Under the pieces are notes generated by a model. It ran no database searches. It had not been told where the DNA came from and saw nothing but the letters and a program-made list of their open reading frames with translations. The position numbers were made by a program, and so were the translations under genes. This document shows, in pieces, positions 18,595 to 27,653 of a stretch of 64,000 nt of DNA (position 1 is its first letter; each line of letters begins with the position of its first letter). Source of the DNA: Bdellovibrionota bacterium (GTDB lineage: Bacteria; Bdellovibrionota_C; UBA2361; CAKMMH01); assembly GCA_034180415.1 (NCBI GenBank), contig JAXFOK010000059.1:31772-95771 (forward strand), given 5' to 3'.

Positions 18595-20044
18595 TATATT
18601 TCTCCATTATAAAATTTAAATTATCTTTAAATATAATTTTTAAAGGTCCTTTTTCTTTATCTAAAATTTTAAAATCTGTTTCTTGTGTCTTTAAGCAAGT
18701 GCCAGGAAACACATTACTTTTAACTTCTAGAAAAAATTTATTATTTATAGTTTTTTCTGCTGTAAGTTTATTAATTTCAAGTAAAATACCATCTCTAATT
18801 TTTGTTGCTTCTTTATATTTTTTAAGCATTACGCGCATATTACTTCTGTATTCTTCTTTAACTTTTAATATTTCATTTGGATTAGTGGCGATATTTCCTA
18901 AATAGTTAACAAGACCTTCACGAACTTTTTCAATTATTTTTAATCTTTCTTTCAAATCTCTATGAATTAACACTATTTCTCTTTCAGAACAAACATTTAT
19001 TTGTGTTTGTATTTCTGATTTATTTCCGACTTCATTTGCGATAACAGAATTTATCACAAATGAATTTCCACCTACTATTACGCCTTTTTTAACATAAAGA
19101 GATTCAAGTGTGCTAATTTTTGAATTATAAGCTTCTTTTTCTAAATAAATTGAGCTTTTTGCTTCAAGATTCGCATCTCTACATCCCTTTGAGAAGATTG
19201 CCCCTCCAGAAGAAATTTTTGATTTTTCTCCTCCTAGAATAAATCCTTTAACATAAATATCTCCAGTATCAGTTGTAATATTTGCTTGGTGAGTGTGTCC
19301 ATCGATTACTACACTCTTTCCTGCATGAATTATGAAATCTTTATAAACATCTCCTTTTACATAAACACTTCCAACAAAATTTATTCTACCAAACTCATAA
19401 TTAGAATCACCTTCTATCATAAGTTCTTCTTTTATGCATACATATCCAGACTCTTCTTTAACAAAACCATCTCGTAAACTTACGAGAGTAATATAATTTG
19501 CATTTGGTTCTTTTTCACAATGAAAATCTCCACTTATTTTTAAATTTAATTTTTTTCCTAATTCACCCCTTATCTCTTCACCTAATGCATTTTTTCCAGG
19601 AGCGCCATATTTAGCACCATAAATTCTTGCGACTTTATCTCCCTTTTTTACGTTATCAAAATAACTTGTATAACGTATATCCATAAAGTCTACTTTGCCA
19701 TTTTTATAAACCGTTTTGTCGTATTTTTTAACAAGATAAACTATTCTTTCGGGTATACCTTCATGTGGGTCATATCCTTTTGCAATTCTTCTTCCTTGAC
19801 ATTTTTGTCCTTCTTTAACACTTTTAATAATATCCTTTATAACATCATAATGAATTAGTTCTATATCACTCAAATGTTTCTTTATGACTTTTACAATAAA
19901 AGAATAATCAAGCAAAGTGCTAGTATCTTCAGGCGACATGGCTTTTTTAGGAATTAAATCCATGAACACTTTATACTTATCATCAGAAGCATAAAGATTA
20001 AATTCTAAAAAATCATCTTCATATTTATCTAAAAATATACTCAT
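18587..20044 (-). CDS. FapA/DUF342-like protein (beta-helical repeats + C-terminal coiled coil)
   Basis: It has repetitive beta-helix-like segments (GSVYVKGDVYKDFIIHAGKSVVIDG...GDIYVKGFILGG...SGGAIFSKG) and a coiled-coil tail. It sits directly downstream of flgE. Confidence 0.6.
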   Translation of the reverse strand: MSIFLDKYEDDFLEFNLYASDDKYKVFMDLIPKKAMSPEDTSTLLDYSFIVKVIKKHLSDIELIHYDVIKDIIKSVKEGQKCQGRRIAKGYDPHEGIPERIVYLVKKYDKTVYKNGKVDFMDIRYTSYFDNVKKGDKVARIYGAKYGAPGKNALGEEIRGELGKKLNLKISGDFHCEKEPNANYITLVSLRDGFVKEESGYVCIKEELMIEGDSNYEFGRINFVGSVYVKGDVYKDFIIHAGKSVVIDGHTHQANITTDTGDIYVKGFILGGEKSKISSGGAIFSKGCRDANLEAKSSIYLEKEAYNSKISTLESLYVKKGVIVGGNSFVINSVIANEVGNKSEIQTQINVCSEREIVLIHRDLKERLKIIEKVREGLVNYLGNIATNPNEILKVKEEYRSNMRVMLKKYKEATKIRDGILLEINKLTAEKTINNKFFLEVKSNVFPGTCLKTQETDFKILDKEKGPLKIIFKDNLNFIMEKYNE

Positions 20045-20063
20045 TTAAAATTTATTCATATTT

Positions 20064-21395
20064 TTAAGCAAGTTGAATAATTTCATTTAGAAGCTGATCT
20101 ATTGTAGAAATTATTCTTGAGTTTGCTTGATAACCACGTTGTAATGTAATTAATTTAATAAATTCATTTGCTAAATCAACTGTTGACAATTCTAACGAAC
20201 CTGAGTGCAAAGTTCCAAGAGTACCAGAATCTGGAGTTCCTGCAATTGGCTCACCAGAAGCTGGAGTTTGTTGAAGAAGTTGTCCCCCCACTCTTACAAG
20301 TCCTTCAGTGTTAGCAAAGTTAACTAGTCCTATATAACCAATTGTTGCTGTTTGACCATTAGAAAGAATTGCAAAAATCTCTCCGTCTTCTTCTATACTT
20401 AAACTTTCAACCGATCCTACACCTTGTCCATCTTGTGCAATAGAAATAATATTTGAAGGAGACGAATATTGCGTAAATGGATCCATTTTCATATTAATTG
20501 TACTTGTACTTGACCCATTATTCCACGCGATTGAAGCTCTTAAATCAGGTGTTCCTGGAGGTGGAACATTGTCTCTTGTACCAGCAGAAGTAAATTTCAT
20601 ATCAACATAACCATCAGACGCTTGACCTCCAGCGATAGTTACTAATCTAGGATAACCTGAAACATCACCAGATGTATCAACATCTTGGCTATTTACATAT
20701 CCTCTTACTTGATATTGATTGTTTCCTGTGTGGAAATAGTAATATGTAACAGAATGTGCTGCACCTAATGAATCATAAATTTCTACAACAGTAGAAAACT
20801 CAGCAGCATCATTTAAATCTGCATAAGAAACTGCAGTACTTCCACTTCCTTGACCTGCAATTGGAACATCAGGAATATCTGCAGCTTTTACTATTGGTGC
20901 ACTTGAATTTAAATTACCTGAAATTGTAATTTGCTTAGTTGAAATACTATTTTGTGAAATTGTATTTACATTAATAGCTTCTAGGGTACCTGTTCCACCA
21001 TCTGGGAAACCTAAAACATTATAATTATCCTGATTAACGATATATCCATCTGCATCAATTTTAAAATTTCCAGCTCTTGAATAATAACGTCCGCCTCCTA
21101 TTCCATGTGAAACAGCAAAATATCCATTACCGTCAATTGCCAAGTCTAATACACGACCCGTTGTTTCAAGAGTACCTTGTTCCATAATATTACTTACGTT
21201 ATTTATCGCTGAACCAGCACCAGTGATTTTTCCTGTTGCTTGACCGCAAGCAATCATATCCATAAATTCAGCTCTTGTTGCTTTATAACCGACAGTGCTA
21301 GCATTAGAGATATTATCACCAGAAACTGCTATTGCAGTACCATGGCTTGATATACCTGCTCTACCAGAAAAAAGACCGTTTATTATACTTGTCAT
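20064..21395 (-). CDS. flgE: Flagellar hook protein FlgE
   Basis: The N-terminus has GISSHGTAIAVSGDNISNASTVGYK and the C-terminus has LSTVDLANEFIKLITLQRGYQANSRIIST. Confidence 0.9.
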   Translation of the reverse strand: MTSIINGLFSGRAGISSHGTAIAVSGDNISNASTVGYKATRAEFMDMIACGQATGKITGAGSAINNVSNIMEQGTLETTGRVLDLAIDGNGYFAVSHGIGGGRYYSRAGNFKIDADGYIVNQDNYNVLGFPDGGTGTLEAINVNTISQNSISTKQITISGNLNSSAPIVKAADIPDVPIAGQGSGSTAVSYADLNDAAEFSTVVEIYDSLGAAHSVTYYYFHTGNNQYQVRGYVNSQDVDTSGDVSGYPRLVTIAGGQASDGYVDMKFTSAGTRDNVPPPGTPDLRASIAWNNGSSTSTINMKMDPFTQYSSPSNIISIAQDGQGVGSVESLSIEEDGEIFAILSNGQTATIGYIGLVNFANTEGLVRVGGQLLQQTPASGEPIAGTPDSGTLGTLHSGSLELSTVDLANEFIKLITLQRGYQANSRIISTIDQLLNEIIQLA

Positions 21396-21461
21396 TTGCT
21401 TACTTCTCCTAAAAAAGAGTTTAAAAATTTTTACTACTTATTTTTTACTACCTACAACAAA

Positions 21462-22124
21462 CTACAACCTAACTTCTTTAATATCAGATAATGCTACTTG
21501 CATATCACCTATTAAAAGAGGTGTATCAGAACCAGGAATAAAACCACTAACTGTTCCCGATCTCGAGTAATCTATGCTAGTGTACGTTCCCATATTATTT
21601 AAATAACTAACTTGTGCTGTATAATTTCCGCTAATTGCATTTAAATCGCTAAGCGCTGCAGTGTAATCACCGCTATCTAAACTACCAAGAGAAAGTGTTT
21701 CAACAACATTATTACTACTATCTAATAGAGCAACTTGAACGTCAGAAGAATTTTGAGGTAGTTTAAATGTAATGTCACCTCCATTATGATTTGATACATT
21801 AATTGTATTATCATTAAGAAGTACTTGATGCCCTAAGTAACTAGCTAAGCTTTCAGATGTATTTGAACCTTGGAATTTTTCCATAGCGCCATTAATTGAA
21901 ATTAATTGCTCTAATTGTGAAAACTGAGCTAGATTTACTGAAAAATCCTGGTTATCTACGGGATTAAGTGGATCTTGGTTTTGAAGCTGAGCTATAAGTA
22001 GCTGTAAAAACTCATCTTTTCCAACCACGCTATTACTACTTGCGCTAGTTTCTTGTGCTTTAATCTGACTAGGACCACTTGTAAAATAGCTATCATCTAA
22101 ATTATTTAATCCATCAACTGCCAT
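21462..22124 (-). CDS. flgD: Flagellar hook capping/assembly protein FlgD
   Basis: It has the motif GKDEFLQLLIAQLQNQDPLNPVDN. GGAG RBS precedes the ATG at 22124. Confidence 0.9.
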   Translation of the reverse strand: MAVDGLNNLDDSYFTSGPSQIKAQETSASSNSVVGKDEFLQLLIAQLQNQDPLNPVDNQDFSVNLAQFSQLEQLISINGAMEKFQGSNTSESLASYLGHQVLLNDNTINVSNHNGGDITFKLPQNSSDVQVALLDSSNNVVETLSLGSLDSGDYTAALSDLNAISGNYTAQVSYLNNMGTYTSIDYSRSGTVSGFIPGSDTPLLIGDMQVALSDIKEVRL

Positions 22125-22194
22125 ATAATTTTCTCCAAAAATAAGAGGAATTTTTTACCTCTAAAGAGTAATATCTTAAGTTTGTAACAATAAA

Positions 22195-22210
22195 TGCAAG
22201 CTATATGCCC
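22195..22210 (-). promoter_or_regulatory. Sigma-54 (-24/-12) type promoter candidate upstream of flgD
   Basis: The minus strand reads GGGCAT-ATAGC-TTGCA. The GG and GC are separated by 10 nt, matching TGGCAC-N5-TTGCA. The element lies ~70 nt upstream of the flgD ATG. Confidence 0.45.
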
Positions 22211-22327
22211 ATGTAACGTAATAAATGTAAATATTTTGTAATGTATTAAAAATTAGAGATTTTTAGTTTTTAAAATATTTTGGAAAACAAACCATTGAAG
22301 AAATAAAAATATGATATAGGAAAAAAT

Positions 22328-22770
22328 ATCCAGATGATTAGGAATCAGGTTTTCTAGCTACAGGTGACAGGCTTTAAGAGTCAGGTATCAGATTTCAGGT
22401 GGCAGATACCAGAGAGCCCTAATGGCACTCAAAATTTTTGTTTAGTCGCCCCCTACGGAGGCGGAATTTGTGGGGTTGTTACGCATACCGGAGTATCCTC
22501 GTGAATGTCGCTAACGCGAACATTCCCGAGTCTATACCGGCAGCCTCACTTCGTTCGTCTACATCCTGACCTAGCGCCGCATGCTAACGCATGCTCTAAT
22601 AACCCCTTGACGGGGTTTTGCCTCAAAATTCTTGCAATTCAAAATCAAATCGCAAATATCTCGTAATTTCTCAAATCAAATGCACATTTTGCGCAAAAAT
22701 TTTCAAGTACCATCAACAAAATCCCAGCCACCAGACGTCAGCTTCCAGAAACCAGTGCCTTAGAACCAGC
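22328..22770. other. GC-rich (~50% by eye) non-coding island between flgD and the CPBP gene
   Basis: There is no ORF of 60 aa or more. The left arm has CAGGT x4 in 22346-22400. The right arm has CCAG x5 in 22723-22769. The core is structured (see the ncRNA candidate). Confidence 0.6.
22447..22620 (+). ncRNA. Candidate structured RNA of unknown family
   Basis: A hairpin lies at 22447-22463. A three-tier hairpin at 22488-22540 reads CCGG..CTCG.GAATGTCGC-taac-GCGaACATTC.CGAG..CCGG. GCATGC-taac-GCATGC lies at 22579-22594. A long-range helix pairs GGGGTTGTTA (22472-22481) with TAATAACCCC (22597-22606) and contains a G-U pair valid only on the + strand. AACCCC-ttgac-GGGGTT + TT lies at 22601-22619. 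Confidence 0.35.
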
Positions 22771-23652
22771 TTATTTTGCATTATGTGAAGCACTTCGTGA
22801 AAAAACAATTGTAATAAGAATATACACTAAACCTATCGCAAGCCACCCTAAAGGCTCTTCAACAAGAAAATATCTTCTTTCCATGCGATTCATAATAACA
22901 TTGGGGGCCTCACCTGTTGAATATATAAAAAGCTTCATAGCCATTACAAATCCTGAATGAATTCCAATATTAATATAAATAGAATTAAATTTATTAATTA
23001 TATAACAAAGAAAAAATCCTACTAAAAAAATTCCAATAAATGCACAAAATATATTTGGGAAAAACATTGTTTTTATAACTTCTACATAATATTCAAAACC
23101 TACATATGGTGTTAAATTCTCGAAAGTAAAACTTTTAGCTGGAGCAATAAAATGAGCTATCATATAACAAAATGAACATAATATTGCAGAGATTAAAAAA
23201 GTAAACTTCTTTTTAAATGCATTAAGTAAAATTACTCTAAAAAAACTTTCTTCTAAAACTGAAATTAGCACTCCTGCAAAAAACGCCTTTATAATTTTTG
23301 ATACATAATAAGATGTAGTCTTTGGAACCCACACGAGCCTATCTTTCATATCTAAAAATAAAGTAAGAATTATACAAACACTAAGAGTTATAAAAAACGA
23401 AACAAAAAAATCTTTTGTGGCACATTTTTTTGATATTTCAGTAAATTTTTTGATAGCCTCTTTAATATTAAAATGCTTTTTTAGTATCAGTAAAAAAATA
23501 AATATAACTACCATTAGCACTCTATCAAACAGTCTAGAGTAAGGAAAAGAAAAACCACTTAGATAATTACTTAAAAAATAATAAAGAGATGGTGATATTA
23601 TCGCAGAAACGATAAGTGAACCTAAAATTAAAATAATTAATGCTATAATCAT
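22771..23652 (-). CDS. CPBP-family intramembrane metalloprotease (CAAX protease-like)
   Basis: It is polytopic. It has the motifs EESFFRVILLN, AHFIAP and IHSGFV. Confidence 0.8.
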   Translation of the reverse strand: MIIALIILILGSLIVSAIISPSLYYFLSNYLSGFSFPYSRLFDRVLMVVIFIFLLILKKHFNIKEAIKKFTEISKKCATKDFFVSFFITLSVCIILTLFLDMKDRLVWVPKTTSYYVSKIIKAFFAGVLISVLEESFFRVILLNAFKKKFTFLISAILCSFCYMIAHFIAPAKSFTFENLTPYVGFEYYVEVIKTMFFPNIFCAFIGIFLVGFFLCYIINKFNSIYINIGIHSGFVMAMKLFIYSTGEAPNVIMNRMERRYFLVEEPLGWLAIGLVYILITIVFSRSASHNAK

Positions 23653-23686
23653 AAAATATATTCTTTTTTAAAATAACTAAAAATTA

Positions 23687-24226
23687 TTATTCAAACTCTT
23701 TTTGCCATTTTAAAAATGTCTCCACTTTATCTTCTCCAAATCTTCTTAGATTTTCAATAATTTTTTCTACAGGCATTTCCTCGTCTAAATAGCTTTTTGA
23801 ATAAAAATTATCAGCATAAGCTATAAGTTTTTCATATAGATTTGTGGGTATCATTTCTTCATTTCCAATATTAAGCGAAATGACCTCATCTTTTCTTAAC
23901 CCTACTCCACAATGATTTCTACATACTCCCATATATTTTTCGTATTTAGTCCCTTTTAATAATTCAGCACCCACCACACCATGCATTGCGTATGGTTTAT
24001 CGCCATAACAATAAATACTAGGAGCATTGACTTTAATTATTCCAATATCATGAAGCATTGAACCTTCAAAAAGAAATTCCTCATCTAATTTTAATTGTTT
24101 ATTTTCATTTATTAATAGTGATTTCTTTGCAATAGGAAAACTATGTCGTAACAAAACATCTTTAGCTTTATCATTGTCTTTATACATTTCATCAATTATA
24201 GATGGATACTTATTAATATCAATCAT
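23687..24226 (-). CDS. HD-domain phosphohydrolase
   Basis: It has MLHDIGII (HD) and downstream His/Asp (HGVVGAELL, RNHCGVG). Confidence 0.7.
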   Translation of the reverse strand: MIDINKYPSIIDEMYKDNDKAKDVLLRHSFPIAKKSLLINENKQLKLDEEFLFEGSMLHDIGIIKVNAPSIYCYGDKPYAMHGVVGAELLKGTKYEKYMGVCRNHCGVGLRKDEVISLNIGNEEMIPTNLYEKLIAYADNFYSKSYLDEEMPVEKIIENLRRFGEDKVETFLKWQKEFE

Positions 24227-24243
24227 GTTAGTCCTAATCTTAA

Positions 24244-25968
24244 TTAATTATAGTTATTAACGGCTACAATATTTGCCTGAATTTCTTCAATTCCAAAATA
24301 ATTAGAAACTGTTGGTTTAAATGCCAAATTAACTTTCCTTCCTTCTTTCAAAAAAGGATGTTCAATTTGTCTCCAAAGCATACCAGTTAACATTTTATTT
24401 GATTCATCTGAAAAAACAACTTTTAAATGTGCATTTTTAAGAATATATACTTTTTTAACTTCTAAATTTTTACAAAGTAAAATAGGCGCTGGATTTGCGC
24501 TTCCGTATGGAGAAAATAAATTAAGCTCATCAATAACATTCTTTGTTAAATCTTCAATAGTTAATTCAATGTCAGCTGTCACTTTACATGTACTATCAAT
24601 ATATTTAAATTTCTTTTCACAATATTTATTAAATTCACTTGCAAAAACTTTTATGCTTTCTCTTCTTATTGAAAGCCCACCTGCCATAGTATGACCTCCA
24701 AATTTTTCTAAATATAGAGATAAAGCTTCTAAGCATTCAATAACGCTAAAATTCTCTATTCCTCGCATAGAACCTTTATAAATTCCATCACCATCTAACC
24801 CTAACACAATTGACGGTTTATAGTACGTTTCTACTAATCTTTGAGCAACTATTCCTATAATTCCTGTGTGAAAGTTTGGGTGATATACACAAATTCCAGA
24901 TGGTATATAGTCTAGTTTTTCAACCTGTTTAATAGCTTCTTTTTTAACTTGTTCTTCTATTTTTTGCCTTTGTGAATTTAATTTTTCTAATCTTTCAGCA
25001 ATTCTTTTTGCGCGTTTCTCATCGTTAGTTGTTAAAAGCTCAGTTACTATTTCCCCTGAATCCATTCGGCCTGCAGCATTTAATCTTGGTCCAATACTAA
25101 AAGACACATCATACGACGTAACTTTTTTATTAATGCCTATTGAATTTTTTAATGCTATAAGCCCTACTCTTTTCGTATCATTTAAAAGTTCCAATCCTTT
25201 TTTTGCAATTACTCTGTTAGGACCTACAAGAGGTACCATATCACAAATTGTACCGATTGCAGCAAGATCAATAAATTCTTTCGGATCTTTTAAATTTTTA
25301 AAACCTATTTCTTCTAACCTTTTCTTTAACGCTATAATTAGGTACCACACGAGCCCAGCGGTACAAAGCTCATATTCTGTAAAGCCACACCCTTCTTGTT
25401 TTGGGTTAATAAATGAATCTGAATTAGGATCGTTTTGTCCTACATGGTGATGGTCTACTATAAGCACTTTTAATCCATTATCCTTTGCATACATAACTTG
25501 TTTTTGATTAGTTGTTCCATAATCTAATGATAACAAAAGCGCTGCACCATCTTTTTTGGCATCATCAATCATTCTCTCATTTAAGCCATACCCCTCAGAG
25601 AATCTATCTGGTACATATATTTTTGATTTAATATTTAAAGAACTTAAGAAATTTTGCATTTGTGAAGATGATGTTAACCCATCTACATCAAAATCACAGC
25701 AAATAGCCACATTATCATTATTCTTAATAGCTTCAACTAATAGATTTAAAGCTTTATCCATATCCTTAATTAAAGAAGGATTAGGTAAACCTGATTTAAA
25801 AGTAGGATTTATAAAATGTGATATTTCAGTGTCATCATTATATCCTCTTGAAGCTAAAATATTTGATGTAATTTCCGATAAATTAAACTTATCCCTTATT
25901 TTTTTTGCAACTTCACTTTTTTTATCACGTAAAATAATTTTTTTATTATTAAAAGACATAAGTGGCAT
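24244..25968 (-). CDS. recJ: Single-stranded-DNA-specific exonuclease RecJ
   Basis: DHH-family motifs are present: CCDFDVDG, LDYG, VDHHH, GGHTMAGG. Confidence 0.9.
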   Translation of the reverse strand: MPLMSFNNKKIILRDKKSEVAKKIRDKFNLSEITSNILASRGYNDDTEISHFINPTFKSGLPNPSLIKDMDKALNLLVEAIKNNDNVAICCDFDVDGLTSSSQMQNFLSSLNIKSKIYVPDRFSEGYGLNERMIDDAKKDGAALLLSLDYGTTNQKQVMYAKDNGLKVLIVDHHHVGQNDPNSDSFINPKQEGCGFTEYELCTAGLVWYLIIALKKRLEEIGFKNLKDPKEFIDLAAIGTICDMVPLVGPNRVIAKKGLELLNDTKRVGLIALKNSIGINKKVTSYDVSFSIGPRLNAAGRMDSGEIVTELLTTNDEKRAKRIAERLEKLNSQRQKIEEQVKKEAIKQVEKLDYIPSGICVYHPNFHTGIIGIVAQRLVETYYKPSIVLGLDGDGIYKGSMRGIENFSVIECLEALSLYLEKFGGHTMAGGLSIRRESIKVFASEFNKYCEKKFKYIDSTCKVTADIELTIEDLTKNVIDELNLFSPYGSANPAPILLCKNLEVKKVYILKNAHLKVVFSDESNKMLTGMLWRQIEHPFLKEGRKVNLAFKPTVSNYFGIEEIQANIVAVNNYN

Positions 25969-26036
25969 AATTTTCCCTACATTATAACTTTATTAAATTT
26001 TTAATTATAAGTGATAATAATAAAACAAATTAGTTA

Positions 26037-27581
26037 TCATGTAAAATACTCGCTAAAGACGCTACCTGATATTTTCTTATCTTTTAATAAGTTAAATAGG
26101 TATTTTTTAAATGGGTAATAAGTTTTAATATCTTTAATATTTTCAGATGTAAAAAGTTTTTCATTTAATAACATTTCTCTTACCATATTATCAACTACAA
26201 GTGTTTCAAACGCTATTACCTTTCCACTAACTCCAGTATTTTCACAACTTTTACAACCGCATGAACTATAAACATCTATCCCTACTGCATTACTTAGTTC
26301 ATTTTCTTTTTTAGCACAACTTAAGCACATCTTAGGAAGTAATTCTTGATATGAAAGAAATTTTAAGGCTTGTGCCATATCAATTGTATTAACATTTAAT
26401 GATTTTAGTCTTAAAAATATTTCGACAATATTTCCAGCATGAATAGTAGATATCACTTTATGACCACTAAAAACTGCTTGAAGAAGATAACTTGCACTAA
26501 TTTTATCTCTAATTTCGCCTAGCATTATGACATCTGGGTCTTGTCTTAAAATAGCACATAACGCGTCTTTATAATCAAATCCCTTTCTAACATTCAAAGA
26601 AGTTTGCGATATTCCGTCAATTGCAAGTTCTACAGGGTCTTCTACAGTTACAACATTTAATCCTTTATCTTTTAAGTAACTAAGCATCGCATAAAGAGTA
26701 GTAGTTTTTCCAGACCCAGTAGGTCCTGCGCATAGCATTGCCCCTCCTTTTATATCCAAAAAGTCTTTAATTTGATATAATACATCATTTGCAATTCCTA
26801 AATCACTAATATTTGTCATCGATTTAAAAGAATGGAATCTTAGGACAGCTTTTTCACCAAATATTGTTGGCATTAAACTTACCCTAACTGAAACATTTTT
26901 AAGATCAGGAATAATAAACGACCCATCTTGAGGAAAATCTCTTTTATCTAATTCTAGCTTTGATAAGACTTTAATTCTTCTTATTAATACAACATGTTGG
27001 CTTTTTAATAATTTAAAATCATTTAAGAAAACAAAACTTCTATTTACTCTTAATTTTATTAACGTTGTATCTGCTGTTGGAATAATATGTAAATCAGATG
27101 CGCCAATAGATATAGAATACTTTATAATATCTTCTAAGAACCGCCCTTCATCATTAGTTGCTTGTTTAAAAAAACTTTTTTCCTCAAATTTTTGCTCTTC
27201 CTCATCAATTTTAGCCTTCGTTTCTAATTTTTGAACACTATCCTTTATTATATTTTCATCTGAATTATATACTGCAAAAATAATACTTAAAAAATTATTA
27301 CTTCTAACTAGGATATCTTTAATTGTATAATTTGTTAAGAATCTTAAAGAATCTATCGTATCAATACTTAATCTTTTATTTGAAGCTACAGTAAGAATTG
27401 TTTGATGATTATTTTTTAACAGTGTTAACGGCAAAACGTTAAATTTTATTGCATCTTCATATTTTATTAAAGCTCTTGCATTTTTATCAGAATTTTTTTT
27501 CATTAAATTTAGAAGTTCTTGTTCTCCTAAATTATTATTTGTTATTTCTTTATTATTTGTTGTAATTAAATCTATATTCAT
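26037..27581 (-). CDS. GspE/PilB-family secretion ATPase
   Basis: It has an N-terminal T2SSE_N-like domain, Walker A GPTGSGKTTT and VIMLGEIRD. A tetracysteine CLSC...CGCKSC is also present. Confidence 0.85.
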   Translation of the reverse strand: MNIDLITTNNKEITNNNLGEQELLNLMKKNSDKNARALIKYEDAIKFNVLPLTLLKNNHQTILTVASNKRLSIDTIDSLRFLTNYTIKDILVRSNNFLSIIFAVYNSDENIIKDSVQKLETKAKIDEEEQKFEEKSFFKQATNDEGRFLEDIIKYSISIGASDLHIIPTADTTLIKLRVNRSFVFLNDFKLLKSQHVVLIRRIKVLSKLELDKRDFPQDGSFIIPDLKNVSVRVSLMPTIFGEKAVLRFHSFKSMTNISDLGIANDVLYQIKDFLDIKGGAMLCAGPTGSGKTTTLYAMLSYLKDKGLNVVTVEDPVELAIDGISQTSLNVRKGFDYKDALCAILRQDPDVIMLGEIRDKISASYLLQAVFSGHKVISTIHAGNIVEIFLRLKSLNVNTIDMAQALKFLSYQELLPKMCLSCAKKENELSNAVGIDVYSSCGCKSCENTGVSGKVIAFETLVVDNMVREMLLNEKLFTSENIKDIKTYYPFKKYLFNLLKDKKISGSVFSEYFT

Positions 27582-27653
27582 ACAAGCTATTAAATTATTC
27601 CTTTAATAGCTTATCGATAAAAATTAAAAAATGATGCCTTATGTAAAGTCTAA

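Noticed and set aside
22423-22437. A plus-strand TGGCAC hexamer as a sigma-54 -24 element.
   Set aside because: The required TTGC at the -12 position is absent. The sequence after five nucleotides is ATTT, and no + strand gene follows.
22328-22770. The GC-rich island as a known housekeeping RNA (tmRNA, RNase P RNA, SRP/4.5S RNA, 6S RNA) or a retron msr/msd.
   Set aside because: It has no GGAAAGTCCGG / ACAGAA.CCGGCTTA (RNase P). It has no tRNA-like GGTTCGA T-arm with a CCA end and no ...ALAA tag frame (tmRNA). It has no GGAAG...AGCAG SRP domain IV motif. No reverse transcriptase gene is adjacent, which argues against a retron. A 6S-like fold cannot be excluded by eye.
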